Assembly (NCBI GenBank): GCA_964582405.1
Contig: CAZOSN010000005.1
Coordinates: forward strand, 2,382-66,381
Direction of reading: 5' to 3'
Source: an uncultured Oligoflexales bacterium
GTDB lineage: Bacteria; Bdellovibrionota_B; Oligoflexia; Oligoflexales; Oligoflexaceae
Length of the DNA stretch: 64,000 nt
Below, piece after piece: positions 52,853-62,347 of this stretch (positions are counted from its first letter, which is position 1; the number at the start of each line of letters is the position of its first letter). The notes beneath the pieces were generated by a model. It was not told the DNA's origin. It ran no database searches and was given only the letters and a program-made list of their open reading frames with translations. The position numbers and the translations under genes are program-made.

Positions 52853-53716
52853 CTAGCGGTTTTTATGCATTTGATACCGGCTTAGCTTAGCTTCTGCGTA
52901 TGCCCAGGCGAGACCGACGAGTAATCCACCAAGATGCGCATAGTTTGCAACCGGACCAAAAACTCCGGCGAAGCAAAGGACAAACCAAACGATCATGAAT
53001 CCAAACGTACCCTTGTCGATAAAATAACGTGAACCAGCTTCCCATCGGTCCATACCCCAGGCATAGCAGAGCAATGCGTAAATCACGCCAGACATACCAC
53101 CAAAATCAGGGCCAGCCATGACGTATTGCAGGGTATTCGAAAAGGCGGCGCTCACCAAAAAGAGCTGCAGCATGCGGCGGCTTCCGCTGATCGATTCGAT
53201 TAAAGTGCCAAGTTGATAGAGCCATATCATATTGAAGATGATGTGCGTCCAGCCCAGATGAAGGAGTGCGGGGGTGATGAGACGCCAGACTTGGCCCGAT
53301 CGAATTTCTGAAAACGCGTGGTTGTGATACTCGGAATAGTAGAGAAAATTGAGATACTCACGCCATACAGGGTCCGTGTAAGCAAGAAAGATAACACAGC
53401 ACACGCCAACGAGCGTAAAAGTCAGATTTTGGCGCTTATCGACCTGAATCACACGCCTGGGCCAATTATGCGGTGCCTTCGCCTCATCATTGACGCGCTT
53501 TGGGCGCCTTGTCGCTGCCAACGGCAGGGCTAACTCAGGATTTTCCAGAAACTGATGAAGCAGTTTGCGGGCTGCGGCGAGGTTGCCGTCATCGAGCACC
53601 CAAACAGAAAGTCCTTGGTCGTCTTCGACAACCTGGGAATCGATACCATAGCTGGCAAGTACGCCGTGGAAGCCTAGGGCCATCTGTTGTTCGTTAAATT
53701 CGGTCAGTTTTCTCAT
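52853..53716 (-). CDS. rhomboid-family intramembrane serine protease (GlpG-like) with a cytoplasmic N-terminal domain
   Basis: Rhomboid motifs HIIFNMIWLYQLG, the catalytic GGMSGVIYAL (GxSG) and the catalytic His in NYAHLGGLLVGL. Confidence 0.8.
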   Translation of the reverse strand: MRKLTEFNEQQMALGFHGVLASYGIDSQVVEDDQGLSVWVLDDGNLAAARKLLHQFLENPELALPLAATRRPKRVNDEAKAPHNWPRRVIQVDKRQNLTFTLVGVCCVIFLAYTDPVWREYLNFLYYSEYHNHAFSEIRSGQVWRLITPALLHLGWTHIIFNMIWLYQLGTLIESISGSRRMLQLFLVSAAFSNTLQYVMAGPDFGGMSGVIYALLCYAWGMDRWEAGSRYFIDKGTFGFMIVWFVLCFAGVFGPVANYAHLGGLLVGLAWAYAEAKLSRYQMHKNR

Positions 53717-53801
53717 AGGGGGCTCATGTTAACGCATAGTTTTTGCGTGCACAATTCATTTTCCCATATTAGTCTCTTCGACCTCAGAAGCGAGGTTTAA
53801 T

Positions 53802-56800
53802 TTGCCAGCCCATCGCCCCTCCATAACGTTCGATCTCGAGGCCGAATTCCGTGAGCCCCTTGCTAGGTTGCTTGAGCGTGAACTGGCTAAAGAGTATGTT
53901 TCTCCCATAAAATCCAAAGGAAAGCGTCTATTAGATCAGGCTCTGATCTCAATAAAAGTTGAGGGTGAGCAGATTTCTGGTACGGTCGATGACGGCAGGC
54001 ATGAGTACAAGTGGCGCCTGACGCTCCCTCTCTATGATCTGACCGATGGTCATAGTTATGCGCGCTGCGATTGTCAGACGCGGACTTATGATCTTGAAAA
54101 AGAGCGATGCGCCCACCTCTATGCCGGTGAGGCGGCCCTGCTTCAGCACCTGACGGAGGCCGCGCTCCCGAATGTGGCGGATGATTGGCGCGCAGGGTTT
54201 GCGCATGCGGCAGCCCAGACCTCGCAGCCGATTAAGCCTGAGGTGGAGTCCCAGATCGTTTGGGTGCTTGACCCCAGCCTCGTTCCTCGCCCGGTGCTAA
54301 GGAACCGAGCCGAGTTAAATATGTCATTGGGACAGAAACTGCCTTGGTCTGATTTTCTTGCAAGGGACGAACTGTGGCTTGCACCGGTTGACCAGTTGGT
54401 TGCAGCGCGTGTCAGAGCCGGCGAAGAGACGGCGATCCTGTCAGCCAAAGTGAAAGGGGAGGGATACACGGTCGATGCGGTAGGTGCCCTGCTTGATCTA
54501 AAACAGCATGGTGGCATTCGCTTTGCGGTGCATGGCAAGATCGCGCCAATCAGAAGCGCGGTGCTGGGGCTCCGTTTTGCATCGGCTGTTCAAGGGTTTC
54601 GAGTACTCGTCACGCTTGATGGCATGGAGTTGAGTTCTTACCGGTTTGAGCCAGGCCGGGGATTGATTGGAATTGATGCAGATCATAGCGTGGTATTGGT
54701 TTCGCGTCTCAGCGAGCGATGGGAACCCTTAGTTCGACGGTTTATCGGAGGCAAAGAGACGATACCTGCCCATGGACGCGAAGCTTTGTTCCAGTATTTA
54801 GCCTCACTTGAAAGCGAACTACGGCTTGACTGCGAAGCCATTATTCCAGTCAGCGACCAGGCACCACAGAATAGCTACATCATGAGATTGAACCCACTGT
54901 CTCCAAAAATCTTGAAAGTCGAATTGCTTGTTCGTCCAGTACCCATGGGGCGAAGCTTCTTGGTCGGAATGGGGCCTGATTTCGCGCTTGATTTTCGCGA
55001 TCCCAAAAATCCAAAGCAGATCATGCGCGATAAAAATGCCGAGCTTGGTCAAGCAAGCCGGCTGGTTAGGTTTTATGAGCTCCATGGGGCGTCTGGCGAA
55101 AACGATTGGGAAGAGCCGGTGTATCTCCTGCGCGATGACCGGATTTTTGAATTTTTAGCGCAATTGGAACAATCTGCCGCTGGTCACTCGTTATCGATCG
55201 AGTGGCCTGTGCAGAGCAAAAGGCTGGCCGTCAAACCAGAGGCCCAAGGATTGCCGAGGGCTGTGGTGGCGAGCGGAGATAAGGACTGGTTTAGTGTGGC
55301 CATCGAAATCGATGGGGAAATTGTGCGCTTAGAAGAAATTATTGCCGCAATCAAGCACCGCAGGCGATTCATTCAATTGGCTTCGGGAGCCTATCAGCGG
55401 ATATCAAACCTTTATCTGGATCATCTGACTGCTCTTCATGAAAGGTTAGGACTGGCTGGCCGCGAGGAAATTCGGGTGGCCCATGTGGTTCCCCTGCTAA
55501 GTCAGATTACCGAAGAGGGAACCTACGAGCTCGCGTGGGCCTCGCAAGAGGCTGAGGTATGGCAACGGTACTGCACGCGCAACCGCACCGCAGTGGCGCC
55601 GCCGAGTGATCTTAACGCAAAGCTAAGGACCTATCAGGAAGATGGGGTTCGTTGGCTAATGGACCGCGAACGCTGGGCGCGTGGCGCGCTGCTCGCGGAT
55701 GATATGGGGCTTGGCAAGACTGTTCAGGCGATAGCATTGCTACTAGCGTCCGCCGCTCATGGGCCATCGCTTGTGATCGCACCAACCTCGTTGGTCCTAT
55801 CCTGGCAAGATGAGATCCGAAAATTTGCGCCTACCTTGATTCCCCGTGACTACCGAACACTGCGCTCAGGATTGGATCGTGCGGGTCCGAGGGATGTTGT
55901 TGTCGCATCTTATGGGTTGATCTTATCTGATCAAAAGCGGTTTCAGGGGGTGTCTTGGAATATTCTTATCTTGGATGAGGCGCAAACTCTAAAAAACAAC
56001 ACCAGCAAGAGCTGGTTGTCTGTGAGCTGCATAAAGGCGCGGTTTACGTTAGGGCTTTCGGGGACGCCAATCGAGAATAACTTGATGGAATTGTGGAGTA
56101 TATTCCATTTGCTCGAACCGGGGCTCTTAGGTGATCTTGAAAGGTTCAAGGAAGACTTTGTGCACCCGATCCAACTCAAGCGCGACGAATCAAAGGGACG
56201 GCTTCTGAAGCGGCTTTTAAAGCCATTTCTTTTGCGAAGGCTTAAGGCGGATTACCTAAGCGAGCTGCCAGACAAGACCGAGCAGAATATCCTGGTAGAG
56301 ATGCCGATGCAGGAGCGCACCTTGTATGAGGCATTGAGGTATGAGGCGATTAAGAATCTGGCGGAAAAATCTGACAAGCAAGAAGCAGATGAGCAGAAAG
56401 ACAAGCAGCAGATTCTGGCAGCCTTGACAAGACTCAGGCTGTGCGCCAGCCATCCCAAACTCATTGATACCGATTGGGAGGGGACGAGCGCAAAGCTCAT
56501 TGCCCTGGTTGAGCTCGTGGAAAAAATAGAACAGGCGGGTCAGCAGGCGTTAATTTTTAGCCAGTTTGTGGGACACCTCGACCTCATCGAGGTTGCCCTG
56601 AATGCTCGTCATCTGAGCCTTGGTCGATTAGACGGTAGCATGCCGGCTGCAGAAAGGGCCAAAGTTGTAGCGAGTTTCCAGCGGCGCGAATTTTCCTTCT
56701 TTCTTATTTCGCTTAAGGCGGGCGGAACGGGACTCAATCTTACCAACGCAGCGGCCGTGATCCATATGGATCCGTGGTGGAATCCAGCAAGCGAAGATCA

Positions 56801-57002
56801 AGCTACTGATCGTGCCCATAGAATGGGCCAAAAGCAGGCGATTACAATCTATCGCCTGGTAACAGCCGGAACGGTAGAAGAAAAAATCCTCAAACTGCAT
56901 TCCGGAAAGCGCCGGCTGGCGGAACGAATTTTGTTGGATAAGGCGCCGAAGGACTGGCGAGTTTCCGAGCTTGCGAATCTCCTTACCCAGTCAGATCTTT
57001 GA
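53802..57002 (+). CDS. SWIM zinc-finger SNF2-family ATPase/helicase
   Basis: TTG start with GAGG upstream. SWIM motif CDCQTRTYDLEKERCAH. SNF2 core motifs LRTYQEDGVRWL, LADDMGLGKTVQ, ILDEAQTLKN and LSGTPIENN. Helicase C-terminal motifs ISLKAGGTGLNLT and QATDRAHRMGQ. Confidence 0.85.
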   Translation: MPAHRPSITFDLEAEFREPLARLLERELAKEYVSPIKSKGKRLLDQALISIKVEGEQISGTVDDGRHEYKWRLTLPLYDLTDGHSYARCDCQTRTYDLEKERCAHLYAGEAALLQHLTEAALPNVADDWRAGFAHAAAQTSQPIKPEVESQIVWVLDPSLVPRPVLRNRAELNMSLGQKLPWSDFLARDELWLAPVDQLVAARVRAGEETAILSAKVKGEGYTVDAVGALLDLKQHGGIRFAVHGKIAPIRSAVLGLRFASAVQGFRVLVTLDGMELSSYRFEPGRGLIGIDADHSVVLVSRLSERWEPLVRRFIGGKETIPAHGREALFQYLASLESELRLDCEAIIPVSDQAPQNSYIMRLNPLSPKILKVELLVRPVPMGRSFLVGMGPDFALDFRDPKNPKQIMRDKNAELGQASRLVRFYELHGASGENDWEEPVYLLRDDRIFEFLAQLEQSAAGHSLSIEWPVQSKRLAVKPEAQGLPRAVVASGDKDWFSVAIEIDGEIVRLEEIIAAIKHRRRFIQLASGAYQRISNLYLDHLTALHERLGLAGREEIRVAHVVPLLSQITEEGTYELAWASQEAEVWQRYCTRNRTAVAPPSDLNAKLRTYQEDGVRWLMDRERWARGALLADDMGLGKTVQAIALLLASAAHGPSLVIAPTSLVLSWQDEIRKFAPTLIPRDYRTLRSGLDRAGPRDVVVASYGLILSDQKRFQGVSWNILILDEAQTLKNNTSKSWLSVSCIKARFTLGLSGTPIENNLMELWSIFHLLEPGLLGDLERFKEDFVHPIQLKRDESKGRLLKRLLKPFLLRRLKADYLSELPDKTEQNILVEMPMQERTLYEALRYEAIKNLAEKSDKQEADEQKDKQQILAALTRLRLCASHPKLIDTDWEGTSAKLIALVELVEKIEQAGQQALIFSQFVGHLDLIEVALNARHLSLGRLDGSMPAAERAKVVASFQRREFSFFLISLKAGGTGLNLTNAAAVIHMDPWWNPASEDQATDRAHRMGQKQAITIYRLVTAGTVEEKILKLHSGKRRLAERILLDKAPKDWRVSELANLLTQSDL

Positions 57003-57072
57003 TCGGCTCTTGGCGATTTCTATTCTGAAACAAATCAGGTTTGAAAAATGCACGAACACAAGTTTGGGCGAA

Positions 57073-58533
57073 TCACCAGCTGCAATCGGCAGCTTCCGCA
57101 ATTTTTCTTAGCCTGGTAGCACCGCCTTTTAAGCTTAATGCCTGTATTCCCTCAAGTTGCAGTCGTTCAGCCAGTGCTGCGGTCTGAAGCCCAATAGGGC
57201 AAATCAGTAGATTGACTTTGTCCAGTTGCAAAAGTTTTGGCTCGGCCTCGATCTCCGAAAACGCAAGGTTTCTGGATCCGGGGAAGTGCCAATGTGCGAA
57301 TTCCGCAGGAGTACGGGTATCAATGATAATCGCAGAATCGGGGATGTGGTCAACGACATAGAGTGAGTTGGTATTGGGTTGCACGCTGTGCAAATCTACG
57401 ATGCGTCTTTCAGCTATGGCACTGGCATAAACGGACGGATCGAGTTTATCTTCCTCTTCAGACTTGACCAGCGTGAGTACGGCATGAGTGATGGGATTTT
57501 TAGGTACTATAGCGCAGTATTCTTTGATCTTTTCACATAGGTCGTGCATCTCAATGCGGCGGCTTTGGGCGATGATTGTGTCTTTTTCACTTGTAACAAG
57601 GGGTCTCAAGACTGGATAGCTTGACGCCTCTTCGATTGCAACGAGGTTGGCTAATGTTTGCGAAGATACCTGCCCGATCGCTTCGCCCGTAACAAGAGCA
57701 AGGCATTCTGGAATCTCTTTCGCGAGCAATGACGCGCATTTGTAAAAGGCGCGCTTTAAAACGACCTGAGTATACTTGGGACGTACTTTGGAACGGATCT
57801 CTTTCAGAATCGTGGAAAAATCTATGATGTGCAGCTTCGGCCGTAGGCCATGACCCCAACGGCTCGCGAGTGCTTTCGCAACACCAACTACTTGGGCCTC
57901 ATGGTCGAGGCCGGCAAGGTTAAAAAAGACAAAATCCAAAGCTACTCCGCGCTTCATGATCTCCCAGGCTGCAACTGGAGAATCAAATCCACCTGAAATC
58001 AAGGCGAGCGCTTTTCCCTCAACTCCCAGGGGCAGGCCGCCAGGACCGGCGTACGACTTGCTAAAAAACAATGCATGATCTTTGTGGATTTCAACACAGA
58101 GTTTGAATTCGGGGTTCTTAAGGTTTACGCCCCTTGCTTTGGATGCCAGGATTGCGCCAAGGCGTGCCTCGAGCGTTTCGGTGCGAAACTCATGGGTTCC
58201 GGTTCCTTTCTTAATTCGGACACAGATGGTCTTGCCTCGGGCGGCGTCAACGAAGGACTGGGAAACAGCAGCTTCGAGGCTTTCCATATCGGTTTTCGTT
58301 TCCAACTCGATTGGCGAGACGGAAGCAATGCCAAAGATCCTAAGAAGGATGTTCAGGGCCTCCGGATCGTTCGATTCAACAAGGAGCCGGGACCAATGGT
58401 TTGTGATGGTTGCTTGGATCAGGTTATCTCGAAAGGCAGCATCGATGTTCGCCAGGAGTCGGCGCAAGAACCTAGCTTTTACCTGATTTGACTTTAGGTT
58501 TACCTCGGATGCGATCCGAACCACATATTTCAT
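57073..58533 (-). CDS. thiI: tRNA 4-thiouridine(8) synthase ThiI with a C-terminal rhodanese domain
   Basis: ATG at 58533 (MKYVVRIASE...). THUMP-like N-terminus, PP-loop LISGGFDSPVAAW, and a C-terminal rhodanese-like segment with Cys in LLICPIGLQTAA. Confidence 0.85.
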   Translation of the reverse strand: MKYVVRIASEVNLKSNQVKARFLRRLLANIDAAFRDNLIQATITNHWSRLLVESNDPEALNILLRIFGIASVSPIELETKTDMESLEAAVSQSFVDAARGKTICVRIKKGTGTHEFRTETLEARLGAILASKARGVNLKNPEFKLCVEIHKDHALFFSKSYAGPGGLPLGVEGKALALISGGFDSPVAAWEIMKRGVALDFVFFNLAGLDHEAQVVGVAKALASRWGHGLRPKLHIIDFSTILKEIRSKVRPKYTQVVLKRAFYKCASLLAKEIPECLALVTGEAIGQVSSQTLANLVAIEEASSYPVLRPLVTSEKDTIIAQSRRIEMHDLCEKIKEYCAIVPKNPITHAVLTLVKSEEEDKLDPSVYASAIAERRIVDLHSVQPNTNSLYVVDHIPDSAIIIDTRTPAEFAHWHFPGSRNLAFSEIEAEPKLLQLDKVNLLICPIGLQTAALAERLQLEGIQALSLKGGATRLRKIAEAADCSW

Positions 58534-58604
58534 GCGCAACGACCTTTGCTCTTTGACATGCAACCATATAAAATGTCGCTAACCTTAATCCAGTTGGGAT
58601 TCCT

Positions 58605-59201
58605 ATGCCAGAGCTATTCAACCCCGTCACGTACCAATGGCACGAACTTAGGCCCTTTTCCCCTCATCCAACGGCACGCGGGCGAGCTGGCTTTGCGGTG
58701 GTAGGGGATTGGTTGCGGCTGCACTACGAATGGGTTGACCTTTATGTGGACCTCGATCGACCAAACCAAACAGTAAAGCGTTGCGATGGCCTTTGGCGAA
58801 AGACCTGCTTTGAAGCCTTTCTAGCGCACCCTGAGCGGTCTGACTACTGCGAATGGAATCTAGCTCCGTCGGGTGACTGGGCGTTTTACTATTTTAGGGA
58901 CTACCGCGGTCAGCCATCATCTCCAGCCTCCGCTCCCCCGCATCTAGTCCGTTCAACTGACCTTCCAAGCAATCCTGGACCTCATCACGATGATCCAGCA
59001 AATCAGTCAGGCAACATCTCGATCGCTTTCGATTTACCCATCCACGCGGTTCGAGAACACCTGGGTGGCATCGATTCTTACCTATTAGGGATTTGCAGCG
59101 TCATTTGTGATGATCATGGAATGAGTTATTGGGCGCTGCAGCATAACGAAATTCAGCCAGATTTTCACGACCGGCGATCTTATCTTGCCCGACTTCGTTA
59201 A
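58605..59201 (+). CDS. hypothetical protein
   Basis: 198-aa ORF. CDGLWRKTCFEAFLA...YCEWNLAPSGDWAFYYFRDYRG is reminiscent of DOMON/CBM9-like proteins, but this is a low-confidence recollection. Confidence 0.5.
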   Translation: MPELFNPVTYQWHELRPFSPHPTARGRAGFAVVGDWLRLHYEWVDLYVDLDRPNQTVKRCDGLWRKTCFEAFLAHPERSDYCEWNLAPSGDWAFYYFRDYRGQPSSPASAPPHLVRSTDLPSNPGPHHDDPANQSGNISIAFDLPIHAVREHLGGIDSYLLGICSVICDDHGMSYWALQHNEIQPDFHDRRSYLARLR

Positions 59202-59266
59202 GTTGATGAGTGCTAGTGGGCTGTCAGGGCTGATTTTGGGTGTTGGCAGCCCATCTGCCGTCCATC

Positions 59267-59345
59267 TTGCGCCGAATCGGATCGGCAAAAATGCTCGAAT
59301 TAGCGCTGCTAGTCCTGCGCTTTTTGCCGATTCGATTCGGCGCAA
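59267..59345. repeat. inverted repeat of 23-25 bp with one mismatch and a 29-nt spacer
   Basis: GCGCCGAATCGGATCGGCAAAAA (59269..59291) pairs with TTTTTGCCGATTCGATTCGGCGC (59321..59343). Two further flanking bases on each side also pair. Confidence 0.9.
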
Positions 59346-59801
59346 TCTGGACAACATCTGAACCACTTACAATTAAAATTAGCTGCGATGAACCACTAGG
59401 CTCCAGCGAGATGGCTTTTAAAACCTGCTGGATAAGAATGAGACAATCATTCCCACGATAAACGGCAGCGATATAATCAGTAGTAGGCTCTTAGCCAAAA
59501 GGCCGTAGTCCCAGGTTCGGACAAGTTTCATCCAAATCCCATCCCCCCATGTTTTCTTTATGCTAAGCTCTAAAGCAAACTTCGTACCAGAAAAATACGG
59601 CCTGATTTGCTAGGTTAGGGTGTTGGGGGAGATCAAAACTAAACTTTTGAGGTCGTATGTTCGACCGAAGCGGTAACAAATTTTTACTTTTTCGATGTGC
59701 GCCTTACTCTGGAGTTTGGCATCATGAAATTTTGCGCCAAAGGTAATGGCTGTAATTTAAACTTCAGGAATCAAATGTGAAGTTGTCTGGAAGGAGGAAT
59801 C

Positions 59802-60548
59802 GTGGTTGCGAAAGTTAAGCCAAGGCGATGGTTTTGTGTCCTGATCATGATTTTCGCCTTGGGAAATGAATTCAGTCAGGCGGCAACGCAGGTCATGGGG
59901 GAAGCGAAGGGAACTTCTCAAGGGGCGCCATTCTCCTATCTCCTCTATAGCCCCACGGATTCGCCTAAAAATCCAAAACCCCTGATCCTTTATCTGCATG
60001 GGGCAGGGGAGCGCGGTGCCGATTTAGCGAGGTTGCGTGAACATGGTCCTCCAAAATTATTGGCTGAGGGAACGTTTCCGCTCAACGAGCGAGACTTCTT
60101 TCTGGTAGCACCCCAGTGCCCGCGCGAATGCAATGGATGGCCTGTCGATCAACTGATCAAATTCGTGCAAGGCCTGATCCGGAGTTATCCCATTGATCCA
60201 ACTCGCGTGGTCGTCACGGGACAGAGTATGGGCGGCATTGGCACGATTGAGCTTCTGGCGGCAAAGCCCAATTTTTTTGCAGGCGGGGTTGCTTTGTGCG
60301 GAAAAGCTTCGAAGGATGTTGCCCCGCACCTCGTTTGGATGCCGCTCTGGCTCCTGCACGGAGAACGCGATGACGTGATCCCGGTCAGCGGTAGCCGCGA
60401 CCTTTACGCGTGGATCAAAGCTAAAGGCGGCAAGCAGGTAATCTATGATGAGCTTGCTGGCCAAGGGCACATGATACACAACGATGTTTACCAGCGCGCC
60501 GCAGTCTGGGACTGGCTTCTCAAAAAGCAGCGCGGCAAATCAAGTTAG
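59802..60548 (+). CDS. secreted alpha/beta hydrolase (esterase-like)
   Basis: GTG start with GGAAGGAGG upstream. Signal-like WFCVLIMIFALGNEFSQA. HG box LILYLHGAGERG, nucleophile elbow GQSMGG, acid LLHGERDDVIP and His in GQGHMIHN. Confidence 0.75.
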   Translation: MVAKVKPRRWFCVLIMIFALGNEFSQAATQVMGEAKGTSQGAPFSYLLYSPTDSPKNPKPLILYLHGAGERGADLARLREHGPPKLLAEGTFPLNERDFFLVAPQCPRECNGWPVDQLIKFVQGLIRSYPIDPTRVVVTGQSMGGIGTIELLAAKPNFFAGGVALCGKASKDVAPHLVWMPLWLLHGERDDVIPVSGSRDLYAWIKAKGGKQVIYDELAGQGHMIHNDVYQRAAVWDWLLKKQRGKSS

Positions 60549-60599
60549 GGTAGGGTCTGCTGACGTACCGCTTCTGCGGAAAAAATAGGCATCAATCCC

Positions 60600-62105
60600 T
60601 TATGTTACGATCGATCCAACTTCAACGGGTTTACCTGCGAGGGCAGGTGTGAACACGTTTAGCAAAGTCTGCCTGAATTGACCCCTCAACCATTTACGCG
60701 TGGACACATAACCATTCCAATCCAGGTGAGGTTTCTTCATCATTTCCCTGACCTCATTGAGCGACTCAAGATGCTTCAGGTCCGAGGGAGTTGCGGTTTC
60801 GTCATCCCTGAAGAATTCTCGGATCATCCAAAGGTTGAAGTTGTATTCTTTTTCTGCAAGAGCAGCCACGAAGCGCTGGGAGTTTCGCGATACGTCGCTG
60901 AGGGAATTAGCATTGGCCCATTCAGCTCTGATTCGCTCATCGCCAAGATGCTTTGCTCTGGCTTTTAGCTCATTAAACGAAAATCTGACCTGCCTTGAAT
61001 CCGGCTCACGCACAAAATGGTTAATTTTTTGTTTCGCAGAATCCATGATATAGGTAACAATCACATCTGCAATAGCCTGGAATTTGGGCGATACCAAGTC
61101 CTCGACTCCCAAGAATTCTATCGCGGCCTCTTTTAATTTTTCCGACAACCGCTGCTTGAAGGGCTTTTCTTGAACTGGACTTGCCGAAGCAGGTGCCGCA
61201 GGAGCTGCTGAAGGAGCTGCTGAAGGAGCTGTTCCTCCGCCTTGCTCTGCAGGTTTACCAGCAACTTCTGGCTGTGGATCTTGCTTAACCTTAACGAGAA
61301 ATTTGTCGATCTTCTTATCGACGATTTTTTTGATATAGGCATACCTTGTGTTGACGAACAGGCCAAGTATCCATAGGATAAACTTGTTTTTTACCAGACG
61401 CTTTTTGTTCAACAGATGGAGCAGATGTTTGAGATTCTCGGGATTGCCATATTTCGGATTAAATTCCAGTTCTATCACATCCAGCGCAACATCCGACCAA
61501 AACTCGGCTACTTTGGGATCACTATAGATATCCTTCTGCTTGAGGCTCACGAGCTTTTCAATCATGGCTTTTTCTTCGTCACCAAATTCCTTACCGACGG
61601 CGTCGAAAAAATCGGAACTCACGAGATCGGCCTCAGTTTGCCAAAGAATCTCACGGTTACCATCCGTGGCGGACACCACATCGCACAACAGACTAAAGTA
61701 AGCCGATATCAACCTGCCAACGAACGCTCCACGGGCATTTTCGGGGATACCTAAAAATTTTGTGCCCGCAAAAGCCTCATTAACATGGCTTTCCATCAAC
61801 GACACAAAGTGATCATAGGCTCCACGGTCATGATCATCGTGTCGGATCACTTTGCCAAGATAAGGTGCAACGCTCACCGCCGCATAGTTGAGCGCAGAAC
61901 TTCGGACAGTGCTTCCTATCGTTTGTTCGGCCTTCACACCACGCAGACCATGCGCAAGGATCGTGCGTGGATCTGGCACTTTCGTGGCGGTCTTCACACT
62001 CGCCCTTTTACGCTTGGCTTCGTTATCGCGCATGCGCCGAGACCGGCCTTGGGCTGGTTGCCGAACAGCACCGCTGGGTGTAGACATGCCGGTTGATTGG
62101 CTCAT
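60600..62105 (-). CDS. hypothetical protein with a basic N-terminus and an Ala/Pro/Ser repeat
   Basis: 501-aa ORF. N-terminal RQPAQGRSRRMRDNEAKRKRASVK and an internal GTAPSAAPSAAPAAPASASP. No family recognised. Confidence 0.55.
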   Translation of the reverse strand: MSQSTGMSTPSGAVRQPAQGRSRRMRDNEAKRKRASVKTATKVPDPRTILAHGLRGVKAEQTIGSTVRSSALNYAAVSVAPYLGKVIRHDDHDRGAYDHFVSLMESHVNEAFAGTKFLGIPENARGAFVGRLISAYFSLLCDVVSATDGNREILWQTEADLVSSDFFDAVGKEFGDEEKAMIEKLVSLKQKDIYSDPKVAEFWSDVALDVIELEFNPKYGNPENLKHLLHLLNKKRLVKNKFILWILGLFVNTRYAYIKKIVDKKIDKFLVKVKQDPQPEVAGKPAEQGGGTAPSAAPSAAPAAPASASPVQEKPFKQRLSEKLKEAAIEFLGVEDLVSPKFQAIADVIVTYIMDSAKQKINHFVREPDSRQVRFSFNELKARAKHLGDERIRAEWANANSLSDVSRNSQRFVAALAEKEYNFNLWMIREFFRDDETATPSDLKHLESLNEVREMMKKPHLDWNGYVSTRKWLRGQFRQTLLNVFTPALAGKPVEVGSIVT

Positions 62106-62347
62106 TGTGTGTCTCCCGGAAAGGATCTAGTTAATGGGGTTGTACTGGAAGTTTGATTATAAATATTTTATTATTTAATCAAGGGTTTTGAATAACACCT
62201 TGTATTTTAATGAGTTTATTTCGGTGCTGGCCTTTCAGATATTAGCTTTTCTCTTTGGAATTCCTGGATTCCCGGTATCTGCGGATGTTTTAGGACGCAA
62301 GGAAGTCGGAAAAATGCAGTGTCAAAGCACCATAGTATGGTCAGGCA

